A stretch of DNA of 64,000 nucleotides, from contig JANOTL010000035.1 in assembly GCA_031416315.1 (NCBI GenBank), positions 1 to 64,000 of the forward strand, read 5' to 3'. Of the stretch, positions 1-12,326 are shown one piece after another (the stretch's first letter is position 1; the number at the start of each line of letters is the position of its first letter). This DNA comes from Pseudomonadota bacterium. GTDB lineage: Bacteria > Bdellovibrionota_B > Oligoflexia > Oligoflexales > CAIYRB01. A program made the translations under genes and the position numbers. The notes beneath the pieces are model-generated. The model was not told where the DNA came from. It searched no databases and was given only the letters and a program-made list of their open reading frames with translations.

Positions 1-60
1 CTGGCGCTTTCGCGCCAGGGTCTAGCTAACGGATCGGCTCTTCTCACACCCACCACCTCC

Positions 61-101
61 ACCAATTTTAAAGCCCGGCTTCGCCGGGCTTTAAAATTGG
101 T
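61..101. repeat. Perfect 19-bp inverted repeat with 3-nt loop (possible bidirectional terminator or REP-like palindrome)
   Basis: ACCAATTTTAAAGCCCGGC-TTC-GCCGGGCTTTAAAATTGGT. GC-rich core with A/T-rich flanks, downstream of the minus-strand ORF ending at 232. Confidence 0.85.
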
Positions 102-103
102 CC

Positions 104-127
104 TCCACTCTCCACTTTCCACTTTCC
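104..127 (+). repeat. Tandem heptamer repeat (TCCACTY), about 3.4 copies
   Basis: tccactc tccactt tccactt tcc, directly after the palindrome. Confidence 0.8.
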
Positions 128-231
128 TGAACCACGAACTCCCGCAGGCCGCCGCCGTCGAAAAACAGCGGATGACGGCCGCGTGAGGATGACGCGGCGC
201 ACGCGATTCAACGTGTCCGAAATTGGCAAGA

Positions 232-645
232 TCATGCTTCGCGTCCCGCGACTTCGAGAAGCGCGAACGCCATCGCGCCGGCGGCGGCCGCGAGGCGCCA
301 GCCCGCGACGAAGCGCCGCCGCCAGTGCATCGATTTCAGCCCCGCGCCGCTTCGCGCGTGAGCGATCGCCAGGACGCCAGCAAAAAGACCGACGGGAATC
401 GCAACAGCGTGAACGACGAGGATCATGAGGTATACCGTACGCCATGGCGCCAGCCCTGCGAAGCGCGTCGTTGGAAAGAGCGCAGTCTTCATAGCGTAGA
501 TGGCGACGAACGCGGCGACAGACAGGATCGTCAAGCGCAGACGCGTTCCCCCGCCGTCGGCTTTTGCGAAAAGTGCGCCGGCGAGGAGTAGCGCAATTTC
601 GATCCATCTGAGCGCGTCGAGCATGGTGACGACCATACCACTCAT
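232..645 (-). CDS. Small integral membrane protein, function unknown
   Basis: 137-aa ORF with about four hydrophobic segments. Confidence 0.6.
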   Translation of the reverse strand: MSGMVVTMLDALRWIEIALLLAGALFAKADGGGTRLRLTILSVAAFVAIYAMKTALFPTTRFAGLAPWRTVYLMILVVHAVAIPVGLFAGVLAIAHARSGAGLKSMHWRRRFVAGWRLAAAAGAMAFALLEVAGREA

Positions 646-755
646 CGCCCCGGCGCCTTCGCCGACGCAGGCGTCCTAAGAGATTTTACGTCGCTGGCAT
701 ATACCGGATTCGAACGGGCCTACCTGTTGCCACTCGGGACGAACGGGGGTCGCGA

Positions 756-1673
756 CTACCGAGTCGGGATGACGACGTGTTCCTTGCACCGATCGAGGGC
801 ATCGGCGCCATCGGGCAGTCCGAAGCAGTGCCGCGAGAGATCGAGGTCGACGCGTTCGCCCTGCACGTAGAGGTCGAGCCAAGCTTCGACCTTCGACACT
901 TCCACACCGTTCCGGCGGTGGACCAGCGTCATGTTGTAGCGACCGGGATACGTCGGACCGCCCATGTAGTAACCGTCGTTCGCGCTGACGCCGACGGCAA
1001 AGAGGCTCTGGAAGGGGAATCTGGTCGTGGACTGCGGGAAGTCGTTGGCTTGGAAGCCCACGATCTCGAGCGTGTCGGCGCCACCGACGGAGAGCGGCTG
1101 GCCGCCGATTGTTACGTAGCCGTTGAGATAGGGCGAGCTCTCCCGTTCAGGCAAGAACACGCGGCCGATGTGATTCGTGTAGACGCCGCCGTTGGCGTAG
1201 TGGCTGATGTGAGCGGTGTCGATGCGCACCGCGCCGAAATCGGGATGATTGGCGCCGTTGAGCTTGGGCCAGATCTCGACGTCGACGCGCGACAGGTTGT
1301 TCGCCCAGCCGTGGTGGTAGCCGTTGTTCTCGTTTTCGATGAAGATGCCGTGCGGGAACGAGGTGTCGCCGCTCGTTTCGATGAATTCGTGCTTGTAGTA
1401 CGAGCCGGGCATCTCGCATGCGGCGTGATGCGGGCCGTTCAATTTGCAGGGAGGAACGTGTCCGTCGCGACCAAGGTACTCGTCGCGCGGCACTATGAAC
1501 TCGACGCCGATGTCGGCGTAGACGCCGGTCTGCGACAGGCCGTCGAACCAGACGCCGACCCAAGGGACGTCCCGAATGTCGAGCAGGCGGCTTGCGTCGC
1601 CGCCGGGCGTGCCGCTGCAGGCCGCGAGAATGGGAGACGAAAGGACGGCAAGAATCGAGATCGCGCGTGCCAT
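756..1673 (-). CDS. Lipoprotein, function unknown
   Basis: Signal peptide with lipobox (ILAA-C); globular composition; AAGGGA RBS-like sequence upstream. Confidence 0.8.
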   Translation of the reverse strand: MARAISILAVLSSPILAACSGTPGGDASRLLDIRDVPWVGVWFDGLSQTGVYADIGVEFIVPRDEYLGRDGHVPPCKLNGPHHAACEMPGSYYKHEFIETSGDTSFPHGIFIENENNGYHHGWANNLSRVDVEIWPKLNGANHPDFGAVRIDTAHISHYANGGVYTNHIGRVFLPERESSPYLNGYVTIGGQPLSVGGADTLEIVGFQANDFPQSTTRFPFQSLFAVGVSANDGYYMGGPTYPGRYNMTLVHRRNGVEVSKVEAWLDLYVQGERVDLDLSRHCFGLPDGADALDRCKEHVVIPTR

Positions 1674-1935
1674 GCATGAATCCCTTAGCGAGTCCCGGGG
1701 AGGGAGGGTGTAGATCGCGAACGCTCATGTAATCGCGGACATGGGTGGATACAAATGGAAAAATGCGGCGGGCATGAACGGAAGAGCCAATCGGGGCGAT
1801 TGGCTCTTGTATTTGGGTACTTGTGCCGCTGCGCTTCGGGGCTTGCGGTGACGACTACGATTGCGAGAAGGTATGCGGGCCGGTCAAGTGAAAGCATAAC
1901 CGCGCTAATTTACCGAACCGTTTGCCCGAGGACCC

Positions 1936-2373
1936 ATGGCTTTGATTCGCCTCAGCGCCGACATCGCAGCCTCCCCCGAGGCCGTGTTCCGGTGTTTCGA
2001 GTCGCCCGAGGCGATGCAGCATTGGATCGAAGGCCTGCAAGAGCTTCGCTACGAGGGGGCGGGGCCGATTGGCGTCGGCAGCGCCTTCCGGCAGGTGAAC
2101 AAGGTGGCCGGCAAGCTGGAGACCTACGCCGGTGAGATCACCGCCTTCGAGCGGCCGACACGGTTCGGCGCTTCGGTCGAAGGCGACGGCTATCATTACC
2201 AGATGGATTTCGTTGTGGCGCCGAGCGACCCTGGATCACGGTTGGAGTATCGCGGCGAGCTCTTGCTCACTGGTCGCGTCGCGCGCCTCTTCTGCCCGAT
2301 CATCGTCTACTTCAGCCGACGCGTGTTTCGGCAGGAAATGCGCAACATCAAGCGCTTGGCTGAATCGCGCTAG
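1936..2373 (+). CDS. SRPBCC/START-fold protein
   Basis: IAASPEAVF...W, GPIGVGSAF and EITAFERP patterns; 145 aa; GAGG RBS. Confidence 0.8.
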   Translation: MALIRLSADIAASPEAVFRCFESPEAMQHWIEGLQELRYEGAGPIGVGSAFRQVNKVAGKLETYAGEITAFERPTRFGASVEGDGYHYQMDFVVAPSDPGSRLEYRGELLLTGRVARLFCPIIVYFSRRVFRQEMRNIKRLAESR

Positions 2374-2378
2374 ATCCA

Positions 2379-3002
2379 TCAGTCCTGCGCGCAGTGCGCC
2401 ACCGCATCCTGCCGCGACTTCGCGATCTCCGCCGCCGTGAGGCTCGACTTACAGTGCAACTCGAGCACGCGATACGTGTCCTCGTCGGCTTTGAGCGCCA
2501 TCGTGCACCCGGTCTCGCCGGGCCGTTCGGGAACGCTCGAGACGCGCGTGAGGGCGCCGACGTTGTAAACGCCGAAGACGCCGCCTTTGCCCTTGCACGG
2601 CTTCGGCAGTTGGTCGAAGTAGCCGAGGCTGAAGCCCGACGGCGAGTTGCCGGGGAGGATGCCTTTCGCCTTGATCGAGAAGGGGCCAGACTGCGCCATG
2701 CCGTTCTCGCCGGTGATGCCGATGACCTGGGTTGCGCCCTTCTTCTCGACCCACTTCGGGTCGTAGACCGGGATCGGGATGAACTCGGTCGTGTGGAAGA
2801 GCTGGTAGGACCAGTGGAACGAGGAGTAAGTGACGCCGACGCCGGGGACGGGCTCACCGTTGACGTCGAGGAGCTCGAAGACGATGTCGTCGTACTCGAA
2901 GCCTTTCGACGTGGCCTCCTTGACCTCGACGTAAGGCGCGGACGAAGTGCGGCAGCCGGCGGCGGCGATCAGGAGGGCGAAGGCAAAGATGGAGCGTTGC
3001 AT
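2379..3002 (-). CDS. Lipoprotein, function unknown
   Basis: Lipobox AAAG-C after a hydrophobic signal; four more Cys in the mature part. Confidence 0.75.
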   Translation of the reverse strand: MQRSIFAFALLIAAAGCRTSSAPYVEVKEATSKGFEYDDIVFELLDVNGEPVPGVGVTYSSFHWSYQLFHTTEFIPIPVYDPKWVEKKGATQVIGITGENGMAQSGPFSIKAKGILPGNSPSGFSLGYFDQLPKPCKGKGGVFGVYNVGALTRVSSVPERPGETGCTMALKADEDTYRVLELHCKSSLTAAEIAKSRQDAVAHCAQD

Positions 3003-3044
3003 GGGAAACCTTTCGCGAGGACGAGCTTGAGCTGCCGTCGTCCC

Positions 3045-3452
3045 TTACTCTAGAACTACCGACGCCAGCTCGCGAAGCTTTTCGCGTATGGCGTCGCGGA
3101 CCTTGCGAAAGTCACTGCGCTGAGTCTCGACTGGGGTCGAGGCATTCGCTGGATCGGGAAACGGCCAGTGCTTCTTCGTCGTTCCGGGAGGCACCAAGGG
3201 GCAGACCTCCTCGGCGCAAAGGGTGATCACCAGATTGATCTTGTTGAAGTCGAGGTCGGCGGTCGACTTCGACGAATGGCCCGCAATGTCGATCCCGATC
3301 TCGCGAAGGGCTGCGATCGCCAGAGGATTGACCTGGCTGGGCTGCGAGCCGGCGCTCAGAAATTCTGCACGTTTGCCGTACATGTGCCGCGCGAGGCCCT
3401 CGGCCATCTGGCTGCGGGCGGAATTGGCGACGCAGAGAAAAGCGATCTTCAT
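3045..3452 (-). CDS. arsC: Thioredoxin-type arsenate reductase (LMW-PTP fold)
   Basis: P-loop [21 protein letters not shown], resolving cysteines [16 protein letters not shown]. Confidence 0.9.
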   Translation of the reverse strand: MKIAFLCVANSARSQMAEGLARHMYGKRAEFLSAGSQPSQVNPLAIAALREIGIDIAGHSSKSTADLDFNKINLVITLCAEEVCPLVPPGTTKKHWPFPDPANASTPVETQRSDFRKVRDAIREKLRELASVVLE

Positions 3453-3514
3453 GTCGGCAGCATCCTATGGCGGGCAATGCACGTTGCCACGAACCGGCAT
3501 CAAAGGCAAAATGA

Positions 3515-5737
<2,223 letters not shown>

Positions 5738-5792
5738 GCCGGCCGCCGTCGACAAGCCGGAGGAGTCAGTGCCAGGCAAGAACGAAAGAGCG

Positions 5793-5880
5793 ATGAGTCG
5801 CGTCTTCCTCTCCGCATCCTGGCGCAACCTCATCCTTCTGAACTACTCCGTCCCCGACCGGCTCCTGCTCCCCCGCCTCA
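5793..5880 (+). pseudogene. N-terminal remnant of a DUF2071/YqjF-family gene
   Basis: MSRVFLSASWRNLILLNYSVPDRLLLPRL resembles the DUF2071 N-terminus; the frame then becomes non-protein-like and stops at 5960. Confidence 0.6.
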
Positions 5881-6028
5881 GAGCGGCGCTGCGCCCCAGT
5901 CCGCGGTCCTCGCCGTGGGGTCCGAGGTTCGGGTGCTGCGCCCTGCCTAGCGAAATTTAGTAATAAGCCCCGGAAGGGAGTGTGCCGAAACGGGCAATGC
6001 GGCCAAGAGTCGACCGAGGAGCCCATTC

Positions 6029-6916
6029 ATGCCCAGAATGCACGAAGTCGCCACGATCCTTGGCGCCCTCCTTCTTACCGCGTGTGGCGCTACCGGGTTC
6101 ACGAGCTCCGATTCCAAGGCGTCCGGCAAAGGCTCCGGCAGCAATGCCAAGCCGAGCGCCGACGAGACCTCCGGCTCGGAGGACGACGATGACGACGACG
6201 ACGGCGCAAAGGGCGGAAGCTCTGGGGCTGCCGGCGGCAAGGACAGCGGCAGCAACGCGGGAGGCAGCGGGAGCGTCGCCGGCTCTGCGACGAGCGCCAA
6301 TGGCGAGACCATGAGCGGCGGCGCCACGACCGATGCGGCCTCGCCGGGAACCGGGACCGATACGAGCTCTGCGACCGCGACTTTGAAGTTCGAGGAGTCC
6401 GTAGCCGGCAATCCGCTCTGCAACATCGCGGCGCACGCGCACCTCCCAAGCGGCGAGGTGGCTCGATTCGATTGGCAAAAAAATGCCGCGACGTCGCCGT
6501 TCAAGGCGCCGCTGGCGATCGCGATCAGCCACAATTGCGCCGGGCTCGCGCCGTCGAAGCAGGAGATTCACGTCAACGGAACGGAGGCGACCGTTCTTTT
6601 CGACGTCAAAGTGACGATCACGAACGTCGGGACGGCCGACCTGCGTTTTCCCCACCTCCTCTTCGGCGACAACAACGAGTCCATCGGCTTGGGCACGTTT
6701 TGCCGCTTGAACGCGGTGCCTTATATCCCGTGCGCGACGAATCTCACGCCCGCGGCTTCGTGCACGATCGACATGCCGACGGGTTGGGTCCGCTCGGTAG
6801 GCGCGGTTCCGGGTTACGAGGTCCAGCAGCTGGGAGCGTTTGCCTTGGACGGCGACCAAATCTTGGTGACCAACGACGTCCCGAAATGTTTGCTGCAGCC
6901 GGGAACGTTCCCGTAA
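6029..6916 (+). CDS. Lipoprotein with G/S/D low-complexity linker and Cys-containing C-terminal domain
   Basis: Lipobox LLTA-C; GAGGAG RBS; acidic run DDDDDDD. Confidence 0.8.
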   Translation: MPRMHEVATILGALLLTACGATGFTSSDSKASGKGSGSNAKPSADETSGSEDDDDDDDGAKGGSSGAAGGKDSGSNAGGSGSVAGSATSANGETMSGGATTDAASPGTGTDTSSATATLKFEESVAGNPLCNIAAHAHLPSGEVARFDWQKNAATSPFKAPLAIAISHNCAGLAPSKQEIHVNGTEATVLFDVKVTITNVGTADLRFPHLLFGDNNESIGLGTFCRLNAVPYIPCATNLTPAASCTIDMPTGWVRSVGAVPGYEVQQLGAFALDGDQILVTNDVPKCLLQPGTFP

Positions 6917-6922
6917 GGGCCG

Positions 6923-7942
6923 TCACCAGTAGGGCGCGAGGCGCACGTAAAATGCCTTCTCGCCGGCGATGAAGCCGCGTTCGTCGAGGAGGCGAACGAC
7001 GATCTTGCGGTTCGGCGTCGGAATGCGCTCGCCCGAGTCGACGGGGAGGTCCTCGGCCCTGAAGTCGTGGAGGAGGCGGACGCGGCGGAGATCGGGATCG
7101 TCACTCGCGAGGGTGACGACTTTGGGATGAACGGCGCTGATGAAGGCGAGAACCCGGCCGGTGACGTCGAGAGTCAGATCGCGCGCGCCGGGGCCGCGGA
7201 TCGATAGGGTCAAGTCGAGCGGGTTGGCGACGACGAAGGGCGAGGCGAGCGTTCCCTTGCCCGATTTCGCCGCTATGTCCCAGGTGAGCGCGGCGCGAAG
7301 ATAGGCTGGCTCGCCGGCGCTGGGGGCGCGCCAACACGCCGTGATGCTGCGATTGCCGTAGCGGTAGAGATCGCCGAGAGCGTGAAGCCTGATCCCCGAG
7401 CGAGCGGCGGAGATGGCGTAGCCTTGGCGCGCGTCGGCGACGATCACGGCGTGCCCGGTGCGATCGACGATGCGCCCCTCGGCGTCACGGGCGTGGTAAA
7501 CGACGACGTCGCCGTCCTGGAAGCCAGGACCGACGCAGGCTTTCATGTCTTGCGCGAAATCCTGGGCGTAGGCGGTCCACCAGACGCTCTTGATCACGGC
7601 GCCGCGCGGCGCGTCGGTCATGTTGAGGGTGGAGAAGCGCGCTTTCGGAAACTCGAGGCCGGCGGCGTGGAAAAGGTGGAAGGCGAAGCCGGCGCAGTCG
7701 AAGCCGCCGTCGGCTTCGGGATCGTCCGCGCCCCAGAGGTAAGGGACGCCGAGAAAGGTCAGGGAATGCTCGAGCATGGCGCGGACGCGTGAAGGGGGGA
7801 GTGAGGCGATGTGCGCGGTGACGCGGGAGAGCAGCGCCGGGCGCACCGGAGCGGGCAGTTCGGTGTCGGCCGCGGTGGCGATTTGGGCGAGGAGGAAGAG
7901 GATTGTAAGGAACGTGAGGCGCATTCCGAGATCATACCTCAT
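6923..7942 (-). CDS. Secreted NlpC/P60 family cysteine peptidase (probable peptidoglycan hydrolase) with an extra C-terminal domain
   Basis: LGVPYLWG...GFDCAGF catalytic Cys; GDVVVY...GHAVI catalytic His; signal peptide; ATGA overlap with the upstream gene. Confidence 0.85.
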   Translation of the reverse strand: MRYDLGMRLTFLTILFLLAQIATAADTELPAPVRPALLSRVTAHIASLPPSRVRAMLEHSLTFLGVPYLWGADDPEADGGFDCAGFAFHLFHAAGLEFPKARFSTLNMTDAPRGAVIKSVWWTAYAQDFAQDMKACVGPGFQDGDVVVYHARDAEGRIVDRTGHAVIVADARQGYAISAARSGIRLHALGDLYRYGNRSITACWRAPSAGEPAYLRAALTWDIAAKSGKGTLASPFVVANPLDLTLSIRGPGARDLTLDVTGRVLAFISAVHPKVVTLASDDPDLRRVRLLHDFRAEDLPVDSGERIPTPNRKIVVRLLDERGFIAGEKAFYVRLAPYW

Positions 7943-8238
7943 CCCCCAGAGCCGTTTTCCAAGGTCGCCGCGAGATGGCCGTCGATCGCGGCGATGCCGA
8001 CCCCGACGACGAGCGCAATCGCGAGGACGAGCTTCAGGAATCGGGGCTTGCGCGCGAACGCGATGCAGACCGCGGCGACGACGGCGAGCAAGGCGATGTA
8101 GATCGGCCAGAGGGTCTCGCGGGCTCGGTCGAGCTCCGTGCGATGGCCGTCGGGAAAGCCGATGTAGCCCAGCTCCAGGAAAAGGAAGGCCGCGACCAAG
8201 GCCGCGAGAAAAGCGACGATGTAAGCTAGCGTGCGCAT
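7939..8238 (-). CDS. Small membrane protein with three TM segments
   Basis: MRTLAYIVAFL..., GFPDGH motif; coupled to the NlpC/P60 gene; start chosen at ATG 8238. Confidence 0.7.
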   Translation of the reverse strand: MRTLAYIVAFLAALVAAFLFLELGYIGFPDGHRTELDRARETLWPIYIALLAVVAAVCIAFARKPRFLKLVLAIALVVGVGIAAIDGHLAATLENGSGG

Positions 8239-8523
8239 TTGAATTCTTCCGAGCACGGCGACCGGATTTGATCCGGTCAAGACGCCTCAGTCAAAAGTGG
8301 TAGCCCTTGTCCTGCCAAAAGCTACGAGATCCCGGTCCTGAAGTCGATCGATCCCGGACTGGATCACGAATACGGCAAACGTGCTCTTCAAGTGGACAAG
8401 GCTGCGGGCGCGGGCGGGTAAGATGAGGGACTGGGTCTCCAGAATGGCTGAAAAGGCCTTAGCTCTGGGTGACGGCCATGGTACCGTGGCCATCATTACC
8501 CTCCCCTGAGCCCCGAGCCGGCA

Positions 8524-10035
8524 ATGCAGGTTTCACTGATCTTTCCGTGGATTGGGAGCGTCGCTTGGCGCGCTAGCGGGTCGGGCGCGCACGAGGCCCT
8601 TTTGGTCTCGCGCGCCGAGGATGCGCCTCCGCCGCAGATCGCGGGGACACGTAGCTTGCGCGGGGCGCCGGGCGAAGCCGGATGGCTCGCGACCGCGCTT
8701 TCGGCGGCGACGGGCGACGTCGCCCTGATCGTGCCGCCTTACTTCGAGCTTACGACGGACGCCGTCGCGCGCGTGGCCGCGACCTTCGCGGCCGATCCGG
8801 ACGTGCACGTCGTGCACGCTGATTGGGACGTGGCCGGAGCCGGCGGGAGCTGGCGCACGTTGCGCGTGTTCGTCGACGGGCACGACTTCTCCGAGGCCAG
8901 CGATCTCGGCTATCTGCGTGCCTATCGGCTTTCGACCGTGCGCGCCGTCGGCGGAGTCGAGCTGGAGCGCGGGCCGGCGGCCGAATACGACCTGCGCCTG
9001 AAGCTTTGCGAACGCGGTGATCCGGCGCGCATCGAAGGCGCGATCGCGCGGCAGCTCGCATCGCTGCGCGAGATCGAGCGTGACCACCCAGAATGGTTCG
9101 CGTTCCACCCGTTTGCCTATGAGCGGTACCTCCACGCGGGCTTCGGCTACCTGTTCTATCCGGAAAAGGCGCAAGCCGCCGTGCGCGCCGCGTTCTTCGC
9201 GAGCTTACGGCGGCGCGGCGCGCTGCTGACGGAGCCCGCGCGAAAGCTGCGTTGCCCGCATGCGCACGTTTCCGGGCCCAAAGTGAGCGTCATCATCCGC
9301 ACTTTCAATCGAGCCCCCTTCCTGCGCCGGGCGATCGACAGCGTCTTGGGCGGGACGTTCGAAGACTTCGAGTTGATCGTCGTCGACGGCGGCTCGAGCG
9401 ATGGAACGCTCGAGCTGCTGGCGGAGTATACGGGCGATGCGCGCGTGCGCGTCATCTCGAGCCCGCGCAACGTCCCGGCGCACTCGTTCAATCTGGGTCT
9501 CGCGGCCGCGCGCGGGAAGTACGTCTCGGAGCTCGATTCCGACGACGAATACGTGCCGCAGACGCTCGAGCGGCAGGTCGCGTTTCTCGAGTCGCATCCG
9601 GAATGCGCGCTCGCGATCTCTTATTATCGCGTCATCGACGGCGACGGGAAGCCGTATGGCACGATGCCCGAGGTGCGACACGGCGAGTTCGACCGCAACA
9701 ATCTCCTGCGCACGAGCGGCGCCGGCGCGGCGCGTACCTGGCATCGCTGTGCGCTGGAAGAGCTCGGTGGGTTCGACGCCGAGCGCTTTCCTTGGTACGC
9801 CGAGGACTACGATCTGTTGCTGCGCGTCTCGGAGCGCTATCCGGTCGGGCGCGTTCACGAAGCGCTCTATCGCTACCGCCTGCACGGCTCGAACTCCGAG
9901 CAGGTGCTCGATCTCGAAGCGCGCTATCGGCAGAAGACCATGGCTCGAAGGCATGCATTGGCTCGGCGTATGGCGCAAAACGTCCGCGTCGAAGCGCCCG
10001 CGTCGCGCCGGCACTTCGAAATTCGGGTCGACTGA
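8524..10035 (+). CDS. Glycosyltransferase family 2 with two GT-A domains, the N-terminal one degenerate
   Basis: PKVSVIIRTFNR, VVDGGSSD, ELDSDD, GGFD, EDYDL; N-terminal half retains an EYDLRL echo. Confidence 0.9.
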   Translation: MQVSLIFPWIGSVAWRASGSGAHEALLVSRAEDAPPPQIAGTRSLRGAPGEAGWLATALSAATGDVALIVPPYFELTTDAVARVAATFAADPDVHVVHADWDVAGAGGSWRTLRVFVDGHDFSEASDLGYLRAYRLSTVRAVGGVELERGPAAEYDLRLKLCERGDPARIEGAIARQLASLREIERDHPEWFAFHPFAYERYLHAGFGYLFYPEKAQAAVRAAFFASLRRRGALLTEPARKLRCPHAHVSGPKVSVIIRTFNRAPFLRRAIDSVLGGTFEDFELIVVDGGSSDGTLELLAEYTGDARVRVISSPRNVPAHSFNLGLAAARGKYVSELDSDDEYVPQTLERQVAFLESHPECALAISYYRVIDGDGKPYGTMPEVRHGEFDRNNLLRTSGAGAARTWHRCALEELGGFDAERFPWYAEDYDLLLRVSERYPVGRVHEALYRYRLHGSNSEQVLDLEARYRQKTMARRHALARRMAQNVRVEAPASRRHFEIRVD

Positions 10036-11415
10036 GTGCGGGCGGTCGAGGCGCCGGCGCCGTTGCCGCCTTGGATCGGTCGCCTCCGCCTGAAGCTGGC
10101 GACCGCAGCGCAGCGGCCGTTCGCGCGCGTCGCGGCGCGCGCGCTGTTCTCGGCATGGGCGCGCGTCGCGGCACGCGCCATCCATTGGCGCAGTCTAGGA
10201 CGCATCGTCACCGTGCATGCGCGCGGCAGCTACGGTACGGGCAGCTTTCGTCCCTTCGCGAGCGACCTCGACCTAGTCTGCGTTTGGCGGCCTCGCCCGC
10301 AGGAGTCGGCTTACTCCGGGCTCGCGCAAGTGAACGCGGCATTGCGCCTCGGCAGGCGCGTGCATCCCTTCATCCGCGATGCGTGGCAGCTGGTGGTGGC
10401 CGAAGCCGATCTCCCACTTTGCCGCGCTTACTGGGCCGCGCTTGGCGAGGCTCCGGCGTGGCTGCGGCTAGCCGGTGAGTCTCGGGACGACGCAACCAGC
10501 TTGCCGCGGGCGTCGTCGGCTTTTCTCGCCGGCGGCCTGATGCAGGCGCGCGCCTTCCGTCTTCATGAGGCTTGGGGAGCCAAGACGACGATGCATGCCG
10601 AGAAGGGACGGTTTTTCGCCGCGACGCTCGACGAGCTCCTGTCTTATCCTGAGGCGACCATTGCGCCGGCGACCTACGGCGCGCTGATGAATCGGGCGCG
10701 TCTGCAGCGGGCCGGAGATTCCCTGAGCGTGGATCTGCGGCACTTCGACCGCATCGTGCGCAAAGTGCTCGACCGCTTTCCGGCGGAACGGATCGCGCCG
10801 CACGCGCCGCTTGGCTCGCCAGCAGAAGGTCCGGACGCCGCCGCGGCACGTGAGCTTCTGCGGCAGCGATTGCCGGCGGGCGCCGTGATCGGCGCGACGC
10901 TCGCCGGTGATCTTCATGTCGTGCTGGCAGACGAGGCGCTTATGGACGAGCGGACGTTTGCCGCGCTCGCGCGGCTCGCGCAGGATCTTGGTCGCAAAGT
11001 GGTGCCGCAAACTCCGAGAACTTACGGGGCGTACACGTTTCGCGCCATGCGGCGTTACGTATGCTGGCGTGACCAGGCCGCGCTCGCGGCGCTTGCCGCA
11101 CCAGCGTGGCACGCGCGGGCCCAAACCCTCCACATCACTTTGATGACCTTGCTCGAGTATCACGTGGTGACGCAGTACCGCGAGGCGAAGACGAAGCTGC
11201 GGGCGTCGCTGCGAGTCTTGGTCCGCGGTGCCGCTTTGGTCGAACACGATGCCTTGTGCCCGACCGCGGCGTCCGCCTTCGCGCTTCTCGGCTGGGAGGA
11301 GCCGCCGGACGATGCCGGCGAAGAGACCCTCTTCGTCGCGAACCGGGCGCTTGCGGACTGGCTTCGGCCGCGCATTTTCGCTTATTCTACGCACCATTGG
11401 AGGTGCGAGGGATGA
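10036..11415 (+). CDS. Pol-beta superfamily nucleotidyltransferase-like protein
   Basis: VHARGSYGTGSFRPFASDLDLV fits the hG[GS]-x(n)-DxD signature; abuts both neighbours. Confidence 0.65.
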   Translation: MRAVEAPAPLPPWIGRLRLKLATAAQRPFARVAARALFSAWARVAARAIHWRSLGRIVTVHARGSYGTGSFRPFASDLDLVCVWRPRPQESAYSGLAQVNAALRLGRRVHPFIRDAWQLVVAEADLPLCRAYWAALGEAPAWLRLAGESRDDATSLPRASSAFLAGGLMQARAFRLHEAWGAKTTMHAEKGRFFAATLDELLSYPEATIAPATYGALMNRARLQRAGDSLSVDLRHFDRIVRKVLDRFPAERIAPHAPLGSPAEGPDAAAARELLRQRLPAGAVIGATLAGDLHVVLADEALMDERTFAALARLAQDLGRKVVPQTPRTYGAYTFRAMRRYVCWRDQAALAALAAPAWHARAQTLHITLMTLLEYHVVTQYREAKTKLRASLRVLVRGAALVEHDALCPTAASAFALLGWEEPPDDAGEETLFVANRALADWLRPRIFAYSTHHWRCEG

Positions 11416-12326
11416 AGACGTTCACCGTCGCCATGCTGACGCGCAACCGGCCGCGGTCGGTGGCGCGGGCGTTGGAGAACCTGACGCGGCTCGACTGGCC
11501 GGCGGCGGATCTCGAGGTCGTCGTCGTCGAGGACGGGTCCGAGGACTCCGCCGCGGCGGTCGTGGCGGCATTTCAGGATCGCCTCGATCTGCGCTACGTC
11601 GCTAAGCCACATCGCGGCATCTCTGCTTCGAAGAACGACTGTTGGCGCTTGGCGCGGGGTCGGTACGTCGCCATCATTGCGGACGACTATGAGCTCCCGC
11701 GCGACTATCTCGCGGTCGCGGCGCGGTTTTTCGCGGCGGCGCCGGCGCATCAGGTGCTGACCTTCAACATGCGCTCCCTCGGCAGCGGACCGGCCTCTCG
11801 GGTGCAGAGCTTGTACTTCGAGCTGACGCTCTGGCAGACGATCGAAAATCTCGGCGCCGGCGAGTTCCTCACCGGCAACGGCCTGCCGGCATCGCGCGCC
11901 GCCTGCTTTCGCCGCGAGCTGTTCGAGCGTGTCGGCGGCTTCGATGAGTCGCTCGCCGGCGGCGAGGACTTCGACCTGAGCCTTCGGCTGCGCGACGCCG
12001 GCGTCGCCGTGCACTTCGCGCCGCGCAGCATCGTCTCCCACTATGAATACGGCGGTCTGCGCTTTTTCCTGGGGCAGCGCCGGCGTTACGCCGAGAACTA
12101 CTACCGGCTCCTCGAGGCGCACGGCAAGGTGAAAGCGGGGCACGGCTTCTCGCTCGGGCGCGCCGTCCGTCAGATCACCAGGCAATACCTCGGGTGGTTC
12201 GGACTCGCCGCGCGCGTGCGGAAGTTGCCGCGCTATTTGGCGCTGTCGCCGGGGATCCTCCTTTTCCTGGTGACGTTTTGGCTTTCGGTGCGGCGCCATT
12301 CCCGTGGCGCTTGGGCGCGCTCATGA
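11412..12326 (+). CDS. Glycosyltransferase family 2
   Basis: VAMLTRNR, VVEDGSED, IADDY, VGGFDE, GEDFDLSLR; ATGA overlap at 11412. Confidence 0.9.
   Translation: MKTFTVAMLTRNRPRSVARALENLTRLDWPAADLEVVVVEDGSEDSAAAVVAAFQDRLDLRYVAKPHRGISASKNDCWRLARGRYVAIIADDYELPRDYLAVAARFFAAAPAHQVLTFNMRSLGSGPASRVQSLYFELTLWQTIENLGAGEFLTGNGLPASRAACFRRELFERVGGFDESLAGGEDFDLSLRLRDAGVAVHFAPRSIVSHYEYGGLRFFLGQRRRYAENYYRLLEAHGKVKAGHGFSLGRAVRQITRQYLGWFGLAARVRKLPRYLALSPGILLFLVTFWLSVRRHSRGAWARS

Noticed and set aside
1723..1735. 13-mer GCTCATGTAATCG also present at 63968-63980
   Set aside because: The second copy lies in apparent coding sequence; probably chance
8280..8520. Lower-GC spacer with a 69-aa ORF
   Set aside because: No motif or coding bias; likely the divergent promoter region
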